From Camelus dromedarius (taxonomy: Eukaryota): a DNA stretch of 64,000 nucleotides. The number at the start of each line of letters is the position of its first letter. The stretch's first letter is position 1. A program made the translations under genes and the position numbers. The stretch spans positions 109,494,001 through 109,558,000 of the forward strand of contig NC_087437.1 of assembly GCF_036321535.1 (NCBI RefSeq), given 5' to 3'. Positions 39,226 through 53,018 of the stretch are shown here, in pieces. Under the pieces are notes generated by a model, which was not told the origin of the DNA, made no database searches, and saw only the letters and a list, made by a program, of their open reading frames with translations.

Positions 39226-41147
39226 AAAAAAAAAAAAAGCTGGCTAAACCACTTGCTTTTAACCACTGCCCATTGCTACATCCATAAAGCTATGGTTACT
39301 GACTGCTGGAAGGGAAACTTGGTCGAATACCTAGGTTTCATCCACAGAGCTATCCAGGAAAAGCCACTAATCACAGGAAGACCCTGGTTCACTTGGCATC
39401 AGTATTCCTCAAAACTGTCCCATAAAAGATGGCAATCTCGACTGAGGAGTTTCATTATCATTTACATTATTGGAACAGTTTCTCTATTCTGGGTTACATA
39501 GAGTAAGTGAGAATAAATTGCAGTTTGACCTTGGATTTGCTTTCATGGGACACTACGTGTATGTGAGAAATCTATATTAGGGAAATGGGCATTGTGTAGT
39601 TTAAACAGGGACTTAATTTTCTTGTTCTGAGCCTTTGCTACACAGATTCCAACTAAACACAGGCATATTACATACTCTTTCCCATGTCACAGTACTGACC
39701 AAGCTACAAGTACTCCAGGTGGGACTCAGATGGATGGGGTGATTATTTATTTCTTCTTACATAAGAAAAATAAGTCCCTTCCTAGAGATTTGAAAAAGCT
39801 TGTGGTATAGATTTGGAGTTGAGGGGTGTGGAGAGAGAGGATTTAGTCCTGGATTAAATGCAATACCTATTTTTCCATTTAGAATTTTAGTGAATAAATA
39901 CTTTGTCCTATGAAACTTGCTTCAAAGAAGATATTAATGAAAAGGGAGGGTGAAGGAGACGTGTTGCCAAAATTTCTACTTGTCATCAGTGAATACACAC
40001 TGAATGTACCTATGGTGGCCTGCCCTAAATGCCCTGTCATGTCAGCAGCCTCTCTTTGGCAGGGAGGACCACTGTGCTATCTCTCATTAAGCACTAAACT
40101 TTAGGAGGTGCATGAACGGCCATAATCCATCAAGAGCATTCAAAGCTGTTGTCAGTGTGAACACCACCAATTATCTAAATTTATAAGTGATATAAACAGG
40201 AATACCCAAATTAAACCTTTAAATCGCTGCCTCTCCACCATTTGGTCTTCTTTATCTTTCCCATTAGAACCATTGTTAGTCTAGCAGTCTTAACTAATTC
40301 AGAGGAGACGTCAGTAGAAGATCAATGTGTGAATCCCCCATGGCCTATTTAATGTTAACATGCTCCTTTTATGAAACACTCTTTCTATAGATTTAGAATG
40401 TGTTATTGCCACAGTTTCCAACGGACCTGCAAAACGCTCAGTAAACAATACAGTTTCTTCCCTAATAACAGGAATCATGTGCATACTGGACACAATTTTT
40501 TTTAAATTGAATTACAACATGAGATTAGTTGAACTTAAAATCAAGTAGGAAAGGCTTGCAAGTTCCAAGGGGTCATAATTAATATAAATGTATTTTGCTG
40601 TTATCCAGAGATAAAAAATATAAGGTCTGTTCTATCTTTTGCCTCACTGCCTCCACCTTTTTCTCAGATTGATTTTGCTCTGTGGGTCTGCACGTATTTG
40701 CCGTGGAAACCAACACCGGAACTGTCTTGGGGATATAGAATCAGCCAAATGGAACAGTATGTTCATTGCATAGGATGACAGTGGGAGTCCAGTAAGAAGG
40801 AAAAGCATCCTCACGTACTGATCGTAAAGATGGAGAAGTAGGGCAGGCGATTGTTCCCTACTGAATGCAAGACACTGCAAAGGACTTACAACCTAGTCCT
40901 GAAATACATCCTTTCTTGTGTGTAACAATTTCAAGGGCAAATTCAAAAGACCTAAAATGTTTACTCTTTCTGCTTCTCTTTCCTACTTAGAGTGGGTCCT
41001 TTCTACTCTTTTTGTCTGCCTTATCACATACTCCCTTATCACCAGGTTAAAAGAAGTCTAGGCAAGATTGACAGTCAAATATAGGACTGTATGCATAAGC
41101 ATAAATCTTTATATGTGTACAGATACTCAGAAACAAAGAGAATGACC

Positions 41148-41245
41148 TGCGAGTTATGAGAAAAATGGTAACAAAGCTAATTTCAAAGGTAAGTGTGTGT
41201 ACCTGGGCACAGGTGTAGCTGGAGCAGTTAGTTAGGGGACGGAAA
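41148..41245 (+). repeat. Dispersed direct repeat, copy 2 (pairs with 39070-39164)
   Basis: Shares gttatgaga, aacaaagc, ttcaaaggtaagtgt, aggtgtagctgga and cagttagtta with copy 1. Confidence 0.92.
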
Positions 41246-41842
41246 AACATCAAAGTTAAAGAGAAATAGTTTATTAGATTTATTTCAGGCTATGATTAAA
41301 TCAGAGCTCATTAAAACTCCTTGAGTCTTTCTTTTCATTTTTTTTTTTTCCCACCGCAGGCATGTGAATTTTTGCTAATTGTATGGTGGTCTTATAAATA
41401 TTGAGTAAGATGTTCTGGCCAAACAGTGAAAAGTACTTTGACTCTAAATTGGGCAACTTTGAAGTTTACATTAACTCTTTCATGACGCTGAAAGAAACAG
41501 AATTATGCATTTTCAGACCACAGAGCCATTGCTTCACTACACATTCACTCTGTTTCTTCCTAAAAACTTCAGGTATTCTTCAATTTACTTCCCAGGAAAT
41601 AAATTTACTTCCTAGGGTAAAGTTTGGGCACTTGGAAGCTCTAATTCAGTAATCTAAGTTGTTCACAGACCTATGACTCCCATATTCCACTCATTTTTAG
41701 TTATCAAGAAGAGACATTGAACTCTCCTGAGGGATTTCCTCCAAGACTTCACTTTCATTAAGTAGTCAACTGGGGACTTTAGACATTGATAAGTCAAGAT
41801 ATTAAGCAATCAAATTAGCACAGCTCTTTCTAATATACAAGA

Positions 41843-42280
41843 TGTGTCATTTAGAGCTGGGCCAGGCTGCCAATAACAAAATACATAACCAACAGTGGCT
41901 TCAAATATATATTTGGTATAAATTTTCTCATGTAAGAAGAAAGAACTAAGGGTTTGCTTCCATGGGCTCAACTGCTCACTCATGCCAGCCTGGACCTGAG
42001 TTCTTATCATCATTCCTTCTTTCTCAGCATGTTCACATTTTCCCTTATATTCCAGATATCACATCCATGATTGCAGCAAGAGGAAGGGGAAGTGGAAGAA
42101 ACTCCCAGAGAATATCTGCTCATATCTCATTGTTCAGAACTGTACAATATGGCCAATTCTAGTAAGAATGGGAGCCAAGAGTATCTCTCTAGGGCTAGGT
42201 ATAGTGCTTTCCTGAATAAAATCAGGGTTTGGTCTGCAGGGAAGAAGAGGAGAATAGGATTGGGGTGGAAACTAAGAGTG
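41843..42280 (-). mobile_element. Old MLT1 (J/K/L-like) MaLR LTR
   Basis: ggctgccaataacaaaatacataaccaacagtggcttca and catatctcattgttcagaactg resemble antisense old MLT1 LTRs. Confidence 0.55.
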
Positions 42281-44718
42281 TCAGGTGAGCTATGGTGAAA
42301 ACAGACCCCTCAAGTGCCAGAAGTCAGGTGATTTGAAGAACTAGGGGCACCTCGATGAGGAACCATCCCTCCTTGTTTCCATTTAACAACCACTCCCTTC
42401 TTAAGGTTTTATTATAGGCTAGTCCTGCATTTCTGAGAAACTGTGGCCCTACAGCTAAGAAATTCCAGAAGTATTTCTAAACCCACTAACAGAACTGTTC
42501 AATAATTAACAGCTGATGTGTAGCTTTGAAGAGCCTGGAGTCCTTTTACATATACTTGCAAGCACAATAAATCAAGTCTCAAGGGCTGGAAATTTGTACT
42601 CTCCAAAGACGCCCACCATTTGTTCACCACTGCGGTGGTGTTTTAAATAAAAAGAATCTATTTTCCAATATCCTTTGGAGAACAGGTGGTTGTCCTGACC
42701 TTCTCTCACAGAGACGTTTCCCTTTTTATAAACGGCAACTCAAATGACCCCATCCTATTTTTTTGTGACTCTCTCCTAAAGTCTCCACAAAGATGTCCCA
42801 GATCTGTTAGTTTCTGCTTATCAAAACAGCTCTGAGGAAGCTGGCTTCTCAAGGACAGATATCTTTGCATGGATCTCTTAGAATGAGGCAACTAGACTTC
42901 TAAAATCTCCTCATTTGAATCAAAAGAACAACTCTTTACAAATATATGAGAACTTTTTGACCATAGAATACAAAATTAACTTTAGATAATGATTAAACTG
43001 AATAACTATGTGTGGACCAGGTAATTAAAATAAATGGAAATGTTATGATATAGTAAGAGTGATTTTTTTTTCTTTGAAATATTTTTAAGGATGTGCTTAA
43101 GCGTATTTTCAACTTAAAAAGAGTAGAAGAGATATTTACTCTTTATACCCATTTAAAAAATGCCTTTAAAGTATAGAGGAAACCTTTATATCTAAATCAA
43201 GTGTGAGTGCTTACTCCTATTGTGGACCACTCTGATTAGGATAAATACAAAGTCATAAGCAAAGTCTGCATTCTTCCATAGAAATTTCCTGATTCCTGAA
43301 ACATTTGCTTTTCCTTTTGTTCCTGTTTCTCCTCCTCTTCCTCTTCCCTTTTCCTCTATTCTAGTGAATGTCCTGCTATATAATAAAGATTTCCCAGTGG
43401 GCTATCACGTGACATTGCACTCTATAAATCTTGTATTCATTCAACAACACTATGTAACATACATGATCTAAATTACTACTAAATAAGGAAAATTACCCCC
43501 TATTTTAGAAACCTCTAATTTTTCATGGTTTGTCCTGTGTCTCTTTCCCCAATTTAAATCAGGATGTTTCACCAAATAACAAATAGAAGATGTGACTTAA
43601 AGACTGATTTACTTTATATTTTGATGTCCTGCTTTTAGGTAACTTCTAAATGCACTCATATAGAACTATCACCAAAGAAAGAAAGGAAAAAAAAAAACTC
43701 AATATGATTACATAATACATATAGGTCATAATTATAACTATTAATGGTGTATGTTTTGAATAAGTATGTCCTTTTTAGAGCTGTGTTTTTTTTTTTTTAA
43801 ATACCACCTCAGTTCCTGTCTCACCTATGAAAATTCCTAGACCTCTTGGGCCAGAGTAATTGTGTCCATGTTTAAATTCAGTATTTGCCTTCCATTTGAC
43901 AATTAACCACATTACACCTCCTGTCCAAATTATAATTTAATTTCTAATATCAGAAATATTTTCATATATTCCTTGTATTCTCAAAATATTTTGATTTTCT
44001 TCAGTGTCCTCCACACAGTATGCCTTCAATTGACTACAAACTGTTTTTTTTCTCAAAATTAAAAGGTAGGCTTCTCCTTTAAAAATGATAATCTTGTTTC
44101 ATGCATTTGGAAATTACCTAACACAGGATACCAATATGTAAAGCAAATCAATCTTTGACTCACTTCCTGAAGGATTTTCACCATAAGCTTCTTTTAAGCA
44201 CTTGAGTTTTACTTTCTGCTGAGATTCCAAGTTTTTAAATTTCCTGTCCTGAGCTCATTGTGCATTCTCTTCGTCAATACTCAGTCTCAAGGAATCAAGG
44301 AGCCAGCCAATAATTACTACCCCAACCAGCGGAAATCAGGCCCACATTTCTTGATGTCTGCATAAGTGTAAGTACAGCTGCAGATCTGTGTCTCATCCAG
44401 GAAATATGATAATACATATTGTGTGATACTAGTGTAACTGAAGTACAAAATGAGGTGTTTCTGAAATGCTCCAGAGTTAAAATGTCAGTATTCTAACAGG
44501 AAGTAGATCTAAACTTGTCAAGCTGGTCTTAGTTATCAGGTTCTCCAAAAATCTGCAACCAAGAATAATTGGCAGGCACACGATATAAATGTCACACACA
44601 CACACACACACACATTCCTACACACATATACAATAATTTTTAAACAAACAAAACTATAAGAAGATGCCTTTGCTATACAAATGCAGGAAAAGGCTGGAGA
44701 TAGAGAGAGATTGTTTAT

Positions 44719-47376
44719 TAACACCTATCCTTCTGAAGCTATTCTAAAACATTGCAGAGAAAGGAACACTTCCAAACTCATTCTGTGAGACCACCATCAC
44801 CTTGATACCGAAACCAGACAAAGATATCACCAAAAAGAAAATTACAGGCCAATATCACTTATGGATATAGATGCAAAAATTCTCAACAAAATACTGGCAA
44901 ACTGGCTCCAAAAATACGTGAAAAAATCATACACTATAATAAGGTGGGATGTATTCCAGAGATGCAAGGATTTTTCAATGTCTGCAAATCAACCAGTGTG
45001 ACATTAACAAACTGAAGAATAAAAACCATATGATCATCTCAATAGACACAGAAAAAGCTTTTGCTAAAATTCAGCATCCATTTGTGATTAAAAAAAAAAA
45101 AACTTCAGGAAGTTGGCATAGAGGGAACATACCTCAACACAATAAAGGCCATATAGGACAAACCCACAGCTAACATCATACTCCATGGTGAAAAGCTCAA
45201 AGCACTTCCTCTAAGATCAGAAATAAGACAAGAATGCCCACTGTCACCCTTTTTATTTAATATAGTTTTTAAGTCCTAGCCACAGCAATCAGAGAAGAGA
45301 AAGAAATAAAAGGAATCTGAATTGGAAAAAAAGAAGTAAAACTGTCACTGTTTGCAGATGACATGATACTATACATAGAAAATCCTAAAGAAACTACCAG
45401 AAAACTACTAGAACTCATCAATTAATTTGGTGAAGTTTCTGGATACAAAATAATATACAGAAATCTATTGCATTTCTATACACTAATAATGAAATATCAG
45501 AAAGAGAAATTAAGGAAACAATCCCACTTGCCATTGCGTCAAAAAGAATAAAATACCTAGAAGTAAACCTAAGGTGGCAAAAGACTTGTACTCTGAAAAC
45601 CGTAAGACACTGATGAAAGAAACTGAAGATGACACAAACAAATGGAAAGAGATGCTGTGTTCTCAGATTGGAAGAATCGATATTGTTAACATGACCATAC
45701 TACCCAAGGCAATCTACAGACTCAGTGCAATCCCTATCAAGTTACCAAGGGCATTTGTCACAGAACTAGAACAGAAAATGTTAAAATTTGTATAGAGACA
45801 CAAAAGACCCAGAATAGCCAAATCAATCTTGAGAAAGAAAAACAGAGCTGGAGGAATCACACTCCCTGTCTTCAGACTACACTAAAAAGCTACAGTAATC
45901 AAAACAGTACAGTATCTGCACAAAGACAGACATGTAGATCAATAGAACAGTATAGAAAGCCCAGAAATAAACTCACACGCTTATGGTCAATAAATCTATA
46001 ACAAAGGAGGCAAGAATATACAATGGAGAAAAGGCAGTCTCTTCAGTAAGTGGTGCTGGGAAAACTGGACAGCTGCATGTAAAAGACTGAAATTAGAACA
46101 TTCTCTAACACCATCTACAAAAAATAAACTCAAAATAGATTAAAAACCTAAATGAAGTATAGGATGCTATAAAACTCCTAGAGGGAAACATAGGCAGAAC
46201 ACTCTTTGACATTAATTGCAGCAATATATTTTTTGGATACTAGAGTAATGGAAATAAAAACAAAAATAAACAAATAAGGCTTAATTAAACTTAAAAGCTT
46301 TTCCACAGTGAAGGAAACCATAAACAAAACAGAAAGACAACCTATGGACTGGGAGAAAATATTTGCAAATGATACCAACATTTAATATATTAATTTCCAA
46401 AATATACAAACAGCTCATACAGCTTAATATCAAAAAACAAACAACTCTATCAAAAAATGGGCAGAAGACCTATTTCTCCAAAGAAGACATCCAGATGGCC
46501 AACAGGTACATGAAAGGATGCTCAATATTGCTAATTATTAGAGAAATGCAAATCGGAACCACAATGAGGTATCACTTTACACCAGTTAGAGTGGCCGTCA
46601 TCAAAAAGTCTACAAATAACAAATGCTGGAGAAAGTATTGAGAAAAGGAAACCCTCCTATACTGTTGGCAGGAATGTAAATTAATGCAGCCACGGTGGAG
46701 AATAGTATGGAGGTTCCTTTAAAAACTAAAAATAGAATTACTTTATGATCCTGCAACCCCATTCCTGGGCATATATCCTGAGAAAACTAATTCAAAAAGA
46801 TACATGCACCCCAATGTTCATAGCAGCCCTATTTACAATAGCCAAGACATAAAAGCAAGCTAAATATCCACCAATAGGTGAAAGGATAAAGAAGATGTGG
46901 GATATATATTCAATGGAATATTAGTCATAAAAAAGAACAAAATAATGCCATTTGCAGCAACATCGATGGACCTGAAGATTATCATATTATGTGAAGTAAA
47001 TTAGAGAAAGACAATATCAGTGATGTTACTTATATTTTGAATCTAAAAATGATACAAATGGGCTTATTTAAAAAACAAAAATAGACTCACAGACATAGAA
47101 AACTTACAGTTACCAGAGGGGAAAGCAGTGGGAGGAGGAAGATACATTCAGAGTTTGGGATTAACATACACACATTATATAAAATAGATAAACAACAAGT
47201 ATCCACTGTATAGCACAGAGAACTATATTTAATATCTTGTAATAACTTATAATGGGAAAGAATCTAAAAAAGAATATATATATATATATGTATAACTGAA
47301 TCACTTTGCTGTACACATGCAACTAACACAACCTTGTAAATTAACTATACTTCAGTTTTAAAAAATGGTTAAAAAA
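44719..47376 (+). mobile_element. Older 5'-truncated LINE-1 (~2.66 kb), different subfamily from copies A-C
   Basis: Collinear ORF2 remnants ([16 protein letters not shown] around 45348-45365; [30 protein letters not shown]) with many stops. The 3' UTR ends ttgtaaattaactatacttca plus A-tail. Degenerate TSD agagagattgtttat (44704-44718) / agagagctcatttat (47377-47391). Confidence 0.95.
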
Positions 47377-49529
47377 AGAGAGCTCATTTATATGGCCAAG
47401 TGTTGGAAACAAAATAACACAAATGAGACCAAACTGATCTGTTCTTTTCTTTTAATCTATAGCTCTCTTACCATCATCGTAGGTAAAGTTGTATCTGTAT
47501 CGAGAAGATATTCATTACTATCTGGTGACTCAGATACCTTAAACTGACCCACAGAAAGTTTCTGATGTAACATTTCTTTTCACATTTAATTCTAAAATTA
47601 ACTAAAAGTGCATGCCTCAACGGACTGTGTAATACATTAATAATTTCTTTCAGAATGAAACTAATCATTTTTAGATCATTTTGATAAGAACAGCCCTATC
47701 ATTCTCTTTGATCATCTCTTCTGTGGAAAAAAAAAATTAAAGAAAATGCCAAGTACTTAAATCACTCACAAAAAGTGAAATATCTCCAGCACGAACCCAA
47801 TCATTCAGCATCACTGAGTCTCTCACAAATATCGTGCATAAAATATTTTCATTTTGAGTCAGACGTGGAGAAGGGAATGAGTCTATGTTCTGTGTAGGAA
47901 GGCAGCCAAGCACTTTATCAACATCCTTTAAAATTTGGATTTTGTTCTATTATAACCTCACGGCGATAGCCTATGTGGTGTTCACAATGCATTCTACATC
48001 CTGAAAATTGTTATGTTTAAAAATTCCATCCCCTCCCCTTTCTGTGATAAAGATTTGTTTTCAACATCATCAATAGCTGAAGCGATGTTCATCTGTGACC
48101 ATCTGTTCTTATTATAAAACAGTAGATTTTGGCAGAATTTTCAAGCACTGAGCTTGTCCAAACATTAGAACACCTGTTTGATCCTTACCCTTCAGATGGT
48201 GGAGTGTGAGTAGGAGACTGGGCATAGGGAAAGAAAGGTGTCAAAATTTCTTCTGAATTGGGAAATATCAAATAAATGAATTAGTTTTTTTCAGGTGATG
48301 ATCACTCATCCTCTACTGTTAGAAAAAGTTACTGCACAAAGTGTTTAAAACTGTGATTCATACTGAAACATCTATAGTTAATTTGGAAATGGGGAAAATA
48401 CACAAATATATTTGAGATCACCTGTACATAAAGAAATTATTATCATTTACTGAATAAATACCTTATTCCTAGAGTAGTGTCGGCACCTAGTGGGAACTTA
48501 ATTTACATGTCCTTCGTAAACAAAGGTGTGTTTAATCCTCATAAGGCAGTGGGGTTTGTATTAACATTTTCATTTTACAGATGAGTAAGACTGAGGCTAA
48601 AATATTATGCAGAGTTGTGACTCAGAGAAATGTCTTCTGACTGCTAGCCACATAATTTTCCATTAGACAATATGAGAAACTTGGTTTCAAATGTGTTTCC
48701 TCCATTAATAACTTCTCAATAGATACTAGAAAGACTTGAAATACCAAAGCCAAGGGGTATTGGTTTGGAAAAGCTAGCCAGAGGAGGCGACTTTTGCTTA
48801 GTTTTGAAAGCAGAAGCAACATGTTCGAGAAGCTAGGAGGTAAGGGGAGGAAGTGACATAAATTCTTGGAACAAGTACATTTACTAGAGCGTTGCCACAA
48901 GCAGGCAGTGAGAAGAGATGTTTCTATTTATACGGAAGGAGGAATAATTGGTAGTGAGCTTTGAAACCTACAATTAGGAGCTTGGATTTGATACAGAGCA
49001 GAATTGGGAAAGTGATTGATGTGATTAAAACAACAGTGGTGGGTGAGTGTCACTGCTGGGTAAAGAATGGGTTGGCAGGCCTGGGTGCCTGGCTGCCTGG
49101 AAGGCTGGCACGGCATTATACAGCCCAGACCAGTTGCTGATGGCCCTCGACTGAGCCGAGACTGAGATCTATTGAGACAGAATCCACAAGTTTGAGCCCT
49201 GGCCTCCAGGCTCCTCTATGCCCTTCAGAAAGCCCTGATGAGTGTGAAGCCCCTCATTTTGTCTTTCCCCTTAAAACATAGTATGTTTAGTGTTATCTTA
49301 GGATATCCAATTTGTAGATGAATTAAAACAAAATGTTTTATTTTGTCATTGAGGTACCTCTGAATCAAGCAAAAACAGTCTGCGGTGATTTAAAAACTAA
49401 AGCTAAAATAATACATTTGTTAGTTTGGATGGAAAGGTAAAGGTTATCTTCTCTGTTTCCTTTTTTTTTATTTGTATTTTTTTAAACAAGGAAATTAGGA
49501 CTTGGAGAGGTGACGTGATTTCTTTCATT

Positions 49530-49950
49530 GATTCATTTAGCACAAGCTCTGGAGTCAGATTCATCTTCAATTTGAGTTCCAGCTTTCCATTTATTATCTG
49601 GGTAAGTTTAGAAAAGCCATTTGACTTTCTCTGTTTCTTCATTTACAAAATAAAGATAAACACGGTGCAATAATCATTATAATCAGAATAAAACATCACT
49701 TTTCAAGACACTATAGTGTGGTGGTTAATGGCACATGCCCTGGAGCTAGACTGCTGGGATTTAATCCTCAACTCAACACTCTGACATCATGAGAACTCGG
49801 ACCAGCTGCCTGATCTCCCCATGCCTCCGTTCCCTCCTCTGTGATACGTAATAGGTCTATCAATATTTATAGAGTACTAAATGAGAAAATATGTATGTAT
49901 CACCAGACTTCATCTCAGGCCAACAATCATGGCTATGATTGTTATTGTCC
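49530..49950 (+). mobile_element. Two adjacent MIR fragments
   Basis: gctctggagtcaga...ctctgtttcttcatttacaaaat and atagtgtggtggttaa...ctggagctagactgctgggattt...gcctccgttccctcctctg. Confidence 0.65.
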
Positions 49951-50943
49951 TCATTCTCATTGTTTTTGGTTAACACCCACTATGTTTGGGCACTGAATCA
50001 GATGGGGAATACATAGAAAGGAGAGACACGATTTCTTCTCCCAGGGAGCTCAGAGCAGGTAGGCGAACTAAAGTAACTGTAACTACAGCCCAGTGTGATA
50101 AGTGCCACCGTGGAGGTTTCCCCTCTGTCTTTCCTAGAGCTCAGAACGGTCTGGATGAGTCGGGAGCAAAGGGCTGTAGACGAGTCACTTGAGTTGAGAC
50201 TTGAAAGATAAGTAGTTGTCAGCAGATCTTGGAGTGAAGTAAAGGCAGAGTTTGGATGTACCAAGAGCCTGGGGACCGGAGAATGGGTCATACGTTTAGG
50301 GTTAGAGAAAGTCTAAGGGTTAGTGGTTGTTTTGTATCCTCAGTGCCTAGAGTAGTGCCTGGCATACAGTAAGCACTCAAAATATGTATATTTGGAATAA
50401 ATAGATTATATATGTAATTGCTTTGTGTAGCAGCTGGCGTGTACCAAGTATTCACGAAGTGGTAGCTGTTACTGTTGTAAATTTTGCTAATATCTTACAA
50501 GATCTTCAGAAGTCATAATACACTATGTTCATTATCTTATTCTACTACAGTAGATGCGTTATGGATGAATGGACGACAGGACCAACCAATCAGATGTACA
50601 GGTTAGCTACTTGGGTCACTGTTGGTGATGTGGTTCTACTTCCAAGACCACACTCCAGAGCTGGAGACAGGGTGGGAAGGAGCCGACTCAGCAGAGTAGC
50701 TCTGTAACCCTGAGTGGCTCCCACCTTGCCCCACCCCAGCGTCCCCTCATTTTTGATGAGTAGGTTATTATCAAGGGCCATTTGCCACTCCCAAAGCCTC
50801 TGAGACTGTGGGTCCCAAAAGCTGAAGTAAAAGGCAAAACATTTTACGTCTTTAACTTCCTTTTAAAATTGACTTGCTTTTCCAATAACTGGGAAATGGA
50901 CTTACAACAATCAGATTGTACAACATTTCTTTCCTTCACATAG

Positions 50944-51014
50944 ATACACGCGCGTGGGTGCACGCATGCACACGCGCACACACTCACACACACACACACA
51001 CACACACACATGCA
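50944..51014. repeat. Alternating purine-pyrimidine tract, (CG)/(CA)n
   Basis: acacgcgcgtgggtgcacgcatgcacacgcgcacacactcacacaca... Confidence 0.9.
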
Positions 51015-52666
51015 ATCTTGACCTGATCATTTTTAATCTTTTTTCATTCTTTGTCTCAGTGATTTCGGACGAGTGTTCAGCTGTTTGCAAAGTGTTATTA
51101 ATGACATAGAACGTGGGAAGTGTGTCTGTCAAAACCAAGCTTAGCTAGTCTGGTGGCAGGTGGTACCCAGAGGCGCAGTAAACTTCCAGTTTAAATTACA
51201 AAGACTTATTGATCCTGACAGTGAAGCATGCCTGAAGATGAAATTGACATGGAATGAGCCTGACATTGAAATAGTATCTTCAAGTCTTGAAAAGCACAAT
51301 AGAGAATTCAATTACATAACCACAGGGAACTGGAGAAGATGAATAAACTGGTAGTGATCTTTCCTTCAAACATGTATTTTTCTGTACAGGTTAAGCTCAC
51401 TTTGCACATAAGTAGTTACCCTGGCTTCTCTCTTCTTCACTTCATCAGTTTCAATGATTTAGCTTAACAATTAGAAAGTTTTGAATTCATGCTAAAGTCA
51501 AAACAAATCAAAAAAGCTGCAGAAGTCGTTTGAGTCCAATTTGTAAAAAATGATCTTTAGTCCAGGACTTGAGGTGAATTAATGTGACAGTTTTAAAGCT
51601 CCGGGTGAGAATCTAGACTCCATAGCAGAGTCATGAACCATGGGCAAGCTATTTCACCTTGACTTTTAGGTTCTTTAGCTATAAAGCAAGAGCAGGATAA
51701 TTCCTGTTCCACTGTAGTTGTTCTGAAGCATAAGATAACAGGATTGAGTCAGGCACATGAGAATCCATTGATAAAATTAATTTTGACATATGTTTGAATA
51801 AAACTGTCATCTATCTTATGCGATCAAACAATTGTGTAAAGCCAGGAGGAGAAATGCTTGCAGTTAGGTCTTATAGATGAAGAAACGTGCTCAGATGGGT
51901 TAGACGGGTTAAGTAGCTTGCCTGAGACACCAAACAGGGGTTAATACTTATATCTTCGGATTCTGTTTCTCTTCATTTAACCAGGCCTCAGTATTCCGAT
52001 AGGCTATTCTTAGGTGAAGATCATAAGCATCCTAATATAATTTTCTTTGCTCTTTTCTTTCCCAAATGCCTAAATACACATTAATAACCTACTTATCCAT
52101 TCTATATTTTAGAAGTAGCTCCTGTACTCTGGGCAGTCTTCTGCCAGCACAAATAGTAGAACAAAAATCTCTGCCCATGAGGTTTATTTGTGGTAGAATT
52201 GATCCATTCGGTCAACACACATGAATGCTGTCACATCCCAGATACAGTCTAGGAACTAAGGATGTAACAAGTCCTTGTCCTGGTGTTGTAGGTGAGCACA
52301 TATACCAGGAAAGGCAGAAGTCTGCAGGTTCAGGCATGGTGAAGGGCTGGGGGGTTAGTTCAACCCTTATTCATCCAGAAAGTCTTTCTAAGGATGCAGA
52401 CCAATGAGTTTGGTCTCGGAGTATAAGAAAACAATGCCATTAGCTAAAAACAAAGTGAAAGTTTCCATCTGGAGAAGGGCCTCCCCTTGCTTTGAGAAGT
52501 AGTATGCTTGTTTTAATTCCTAGGAAATGGCATGCCTTCTGGTTGCTAAACCATGAGTTTTTTGAAATAATTGGGCTTCTTAGTGAAAAGAAAAATAATT
52601 GTACTTTTACATAATGTGCTTTTAAGTGTATTCAGAAATTATATGCATAGATTTATGCATAAAAAG

Positions 52667-53018
52667 CATGGGATAAATGTTTGTGTGTCCCCAAAATTTG
52701 TCTTTGGAGGTAGGGTCTTCGGGAAGTAATTAGCTTTAGAATAGGGTGGGGCTTTCATGATGGGATTAGTGCCTTTATAAGAAGAGGAAGACAGATTTCT
52801 TTCCCCAGGAGTATGTACCCAGGATAGGTCATGTGAATACAAAGCAAGAAGGCAGCTGTCTACAAGCCAGGAATCAAATCTGCTGGCACCTTCATGGTGG
52901 ATTCCCCAGCCTCCAAAACTATGAAAACGAAACAATAAAACAGAACAAAAAACAACTCTGTTGTTTGAGCCACACGGTCTATGGTGTTTTGTTATAGAAG
53001 CCTGAGCAGACTAAGACA
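52667..53018 (+). mobile_element. MLT1A-type MaLR solo LTR
   Basis: aatgtttgtgtgtccccaaaattt; atgatgggattagtgcctttataagaagag; ctgctggcacctt; ends tggtgttttgttatagaagcctgagcagactaagaca. Confidence 0.9.

Noticed and set aside
40311..40880. Minus-strand acceptor-like sites with short ORFs
   Set aside because: No recognisable protein or consistent exon chain; such sites are expected by chance.
44314..44408. Peptide RPTFLDV resembling kinase subdomain XI
   Set aside because: It is immediately preceded by an in-frame stop and no other kinase motifs or exons are nearby, so it is a chance match.
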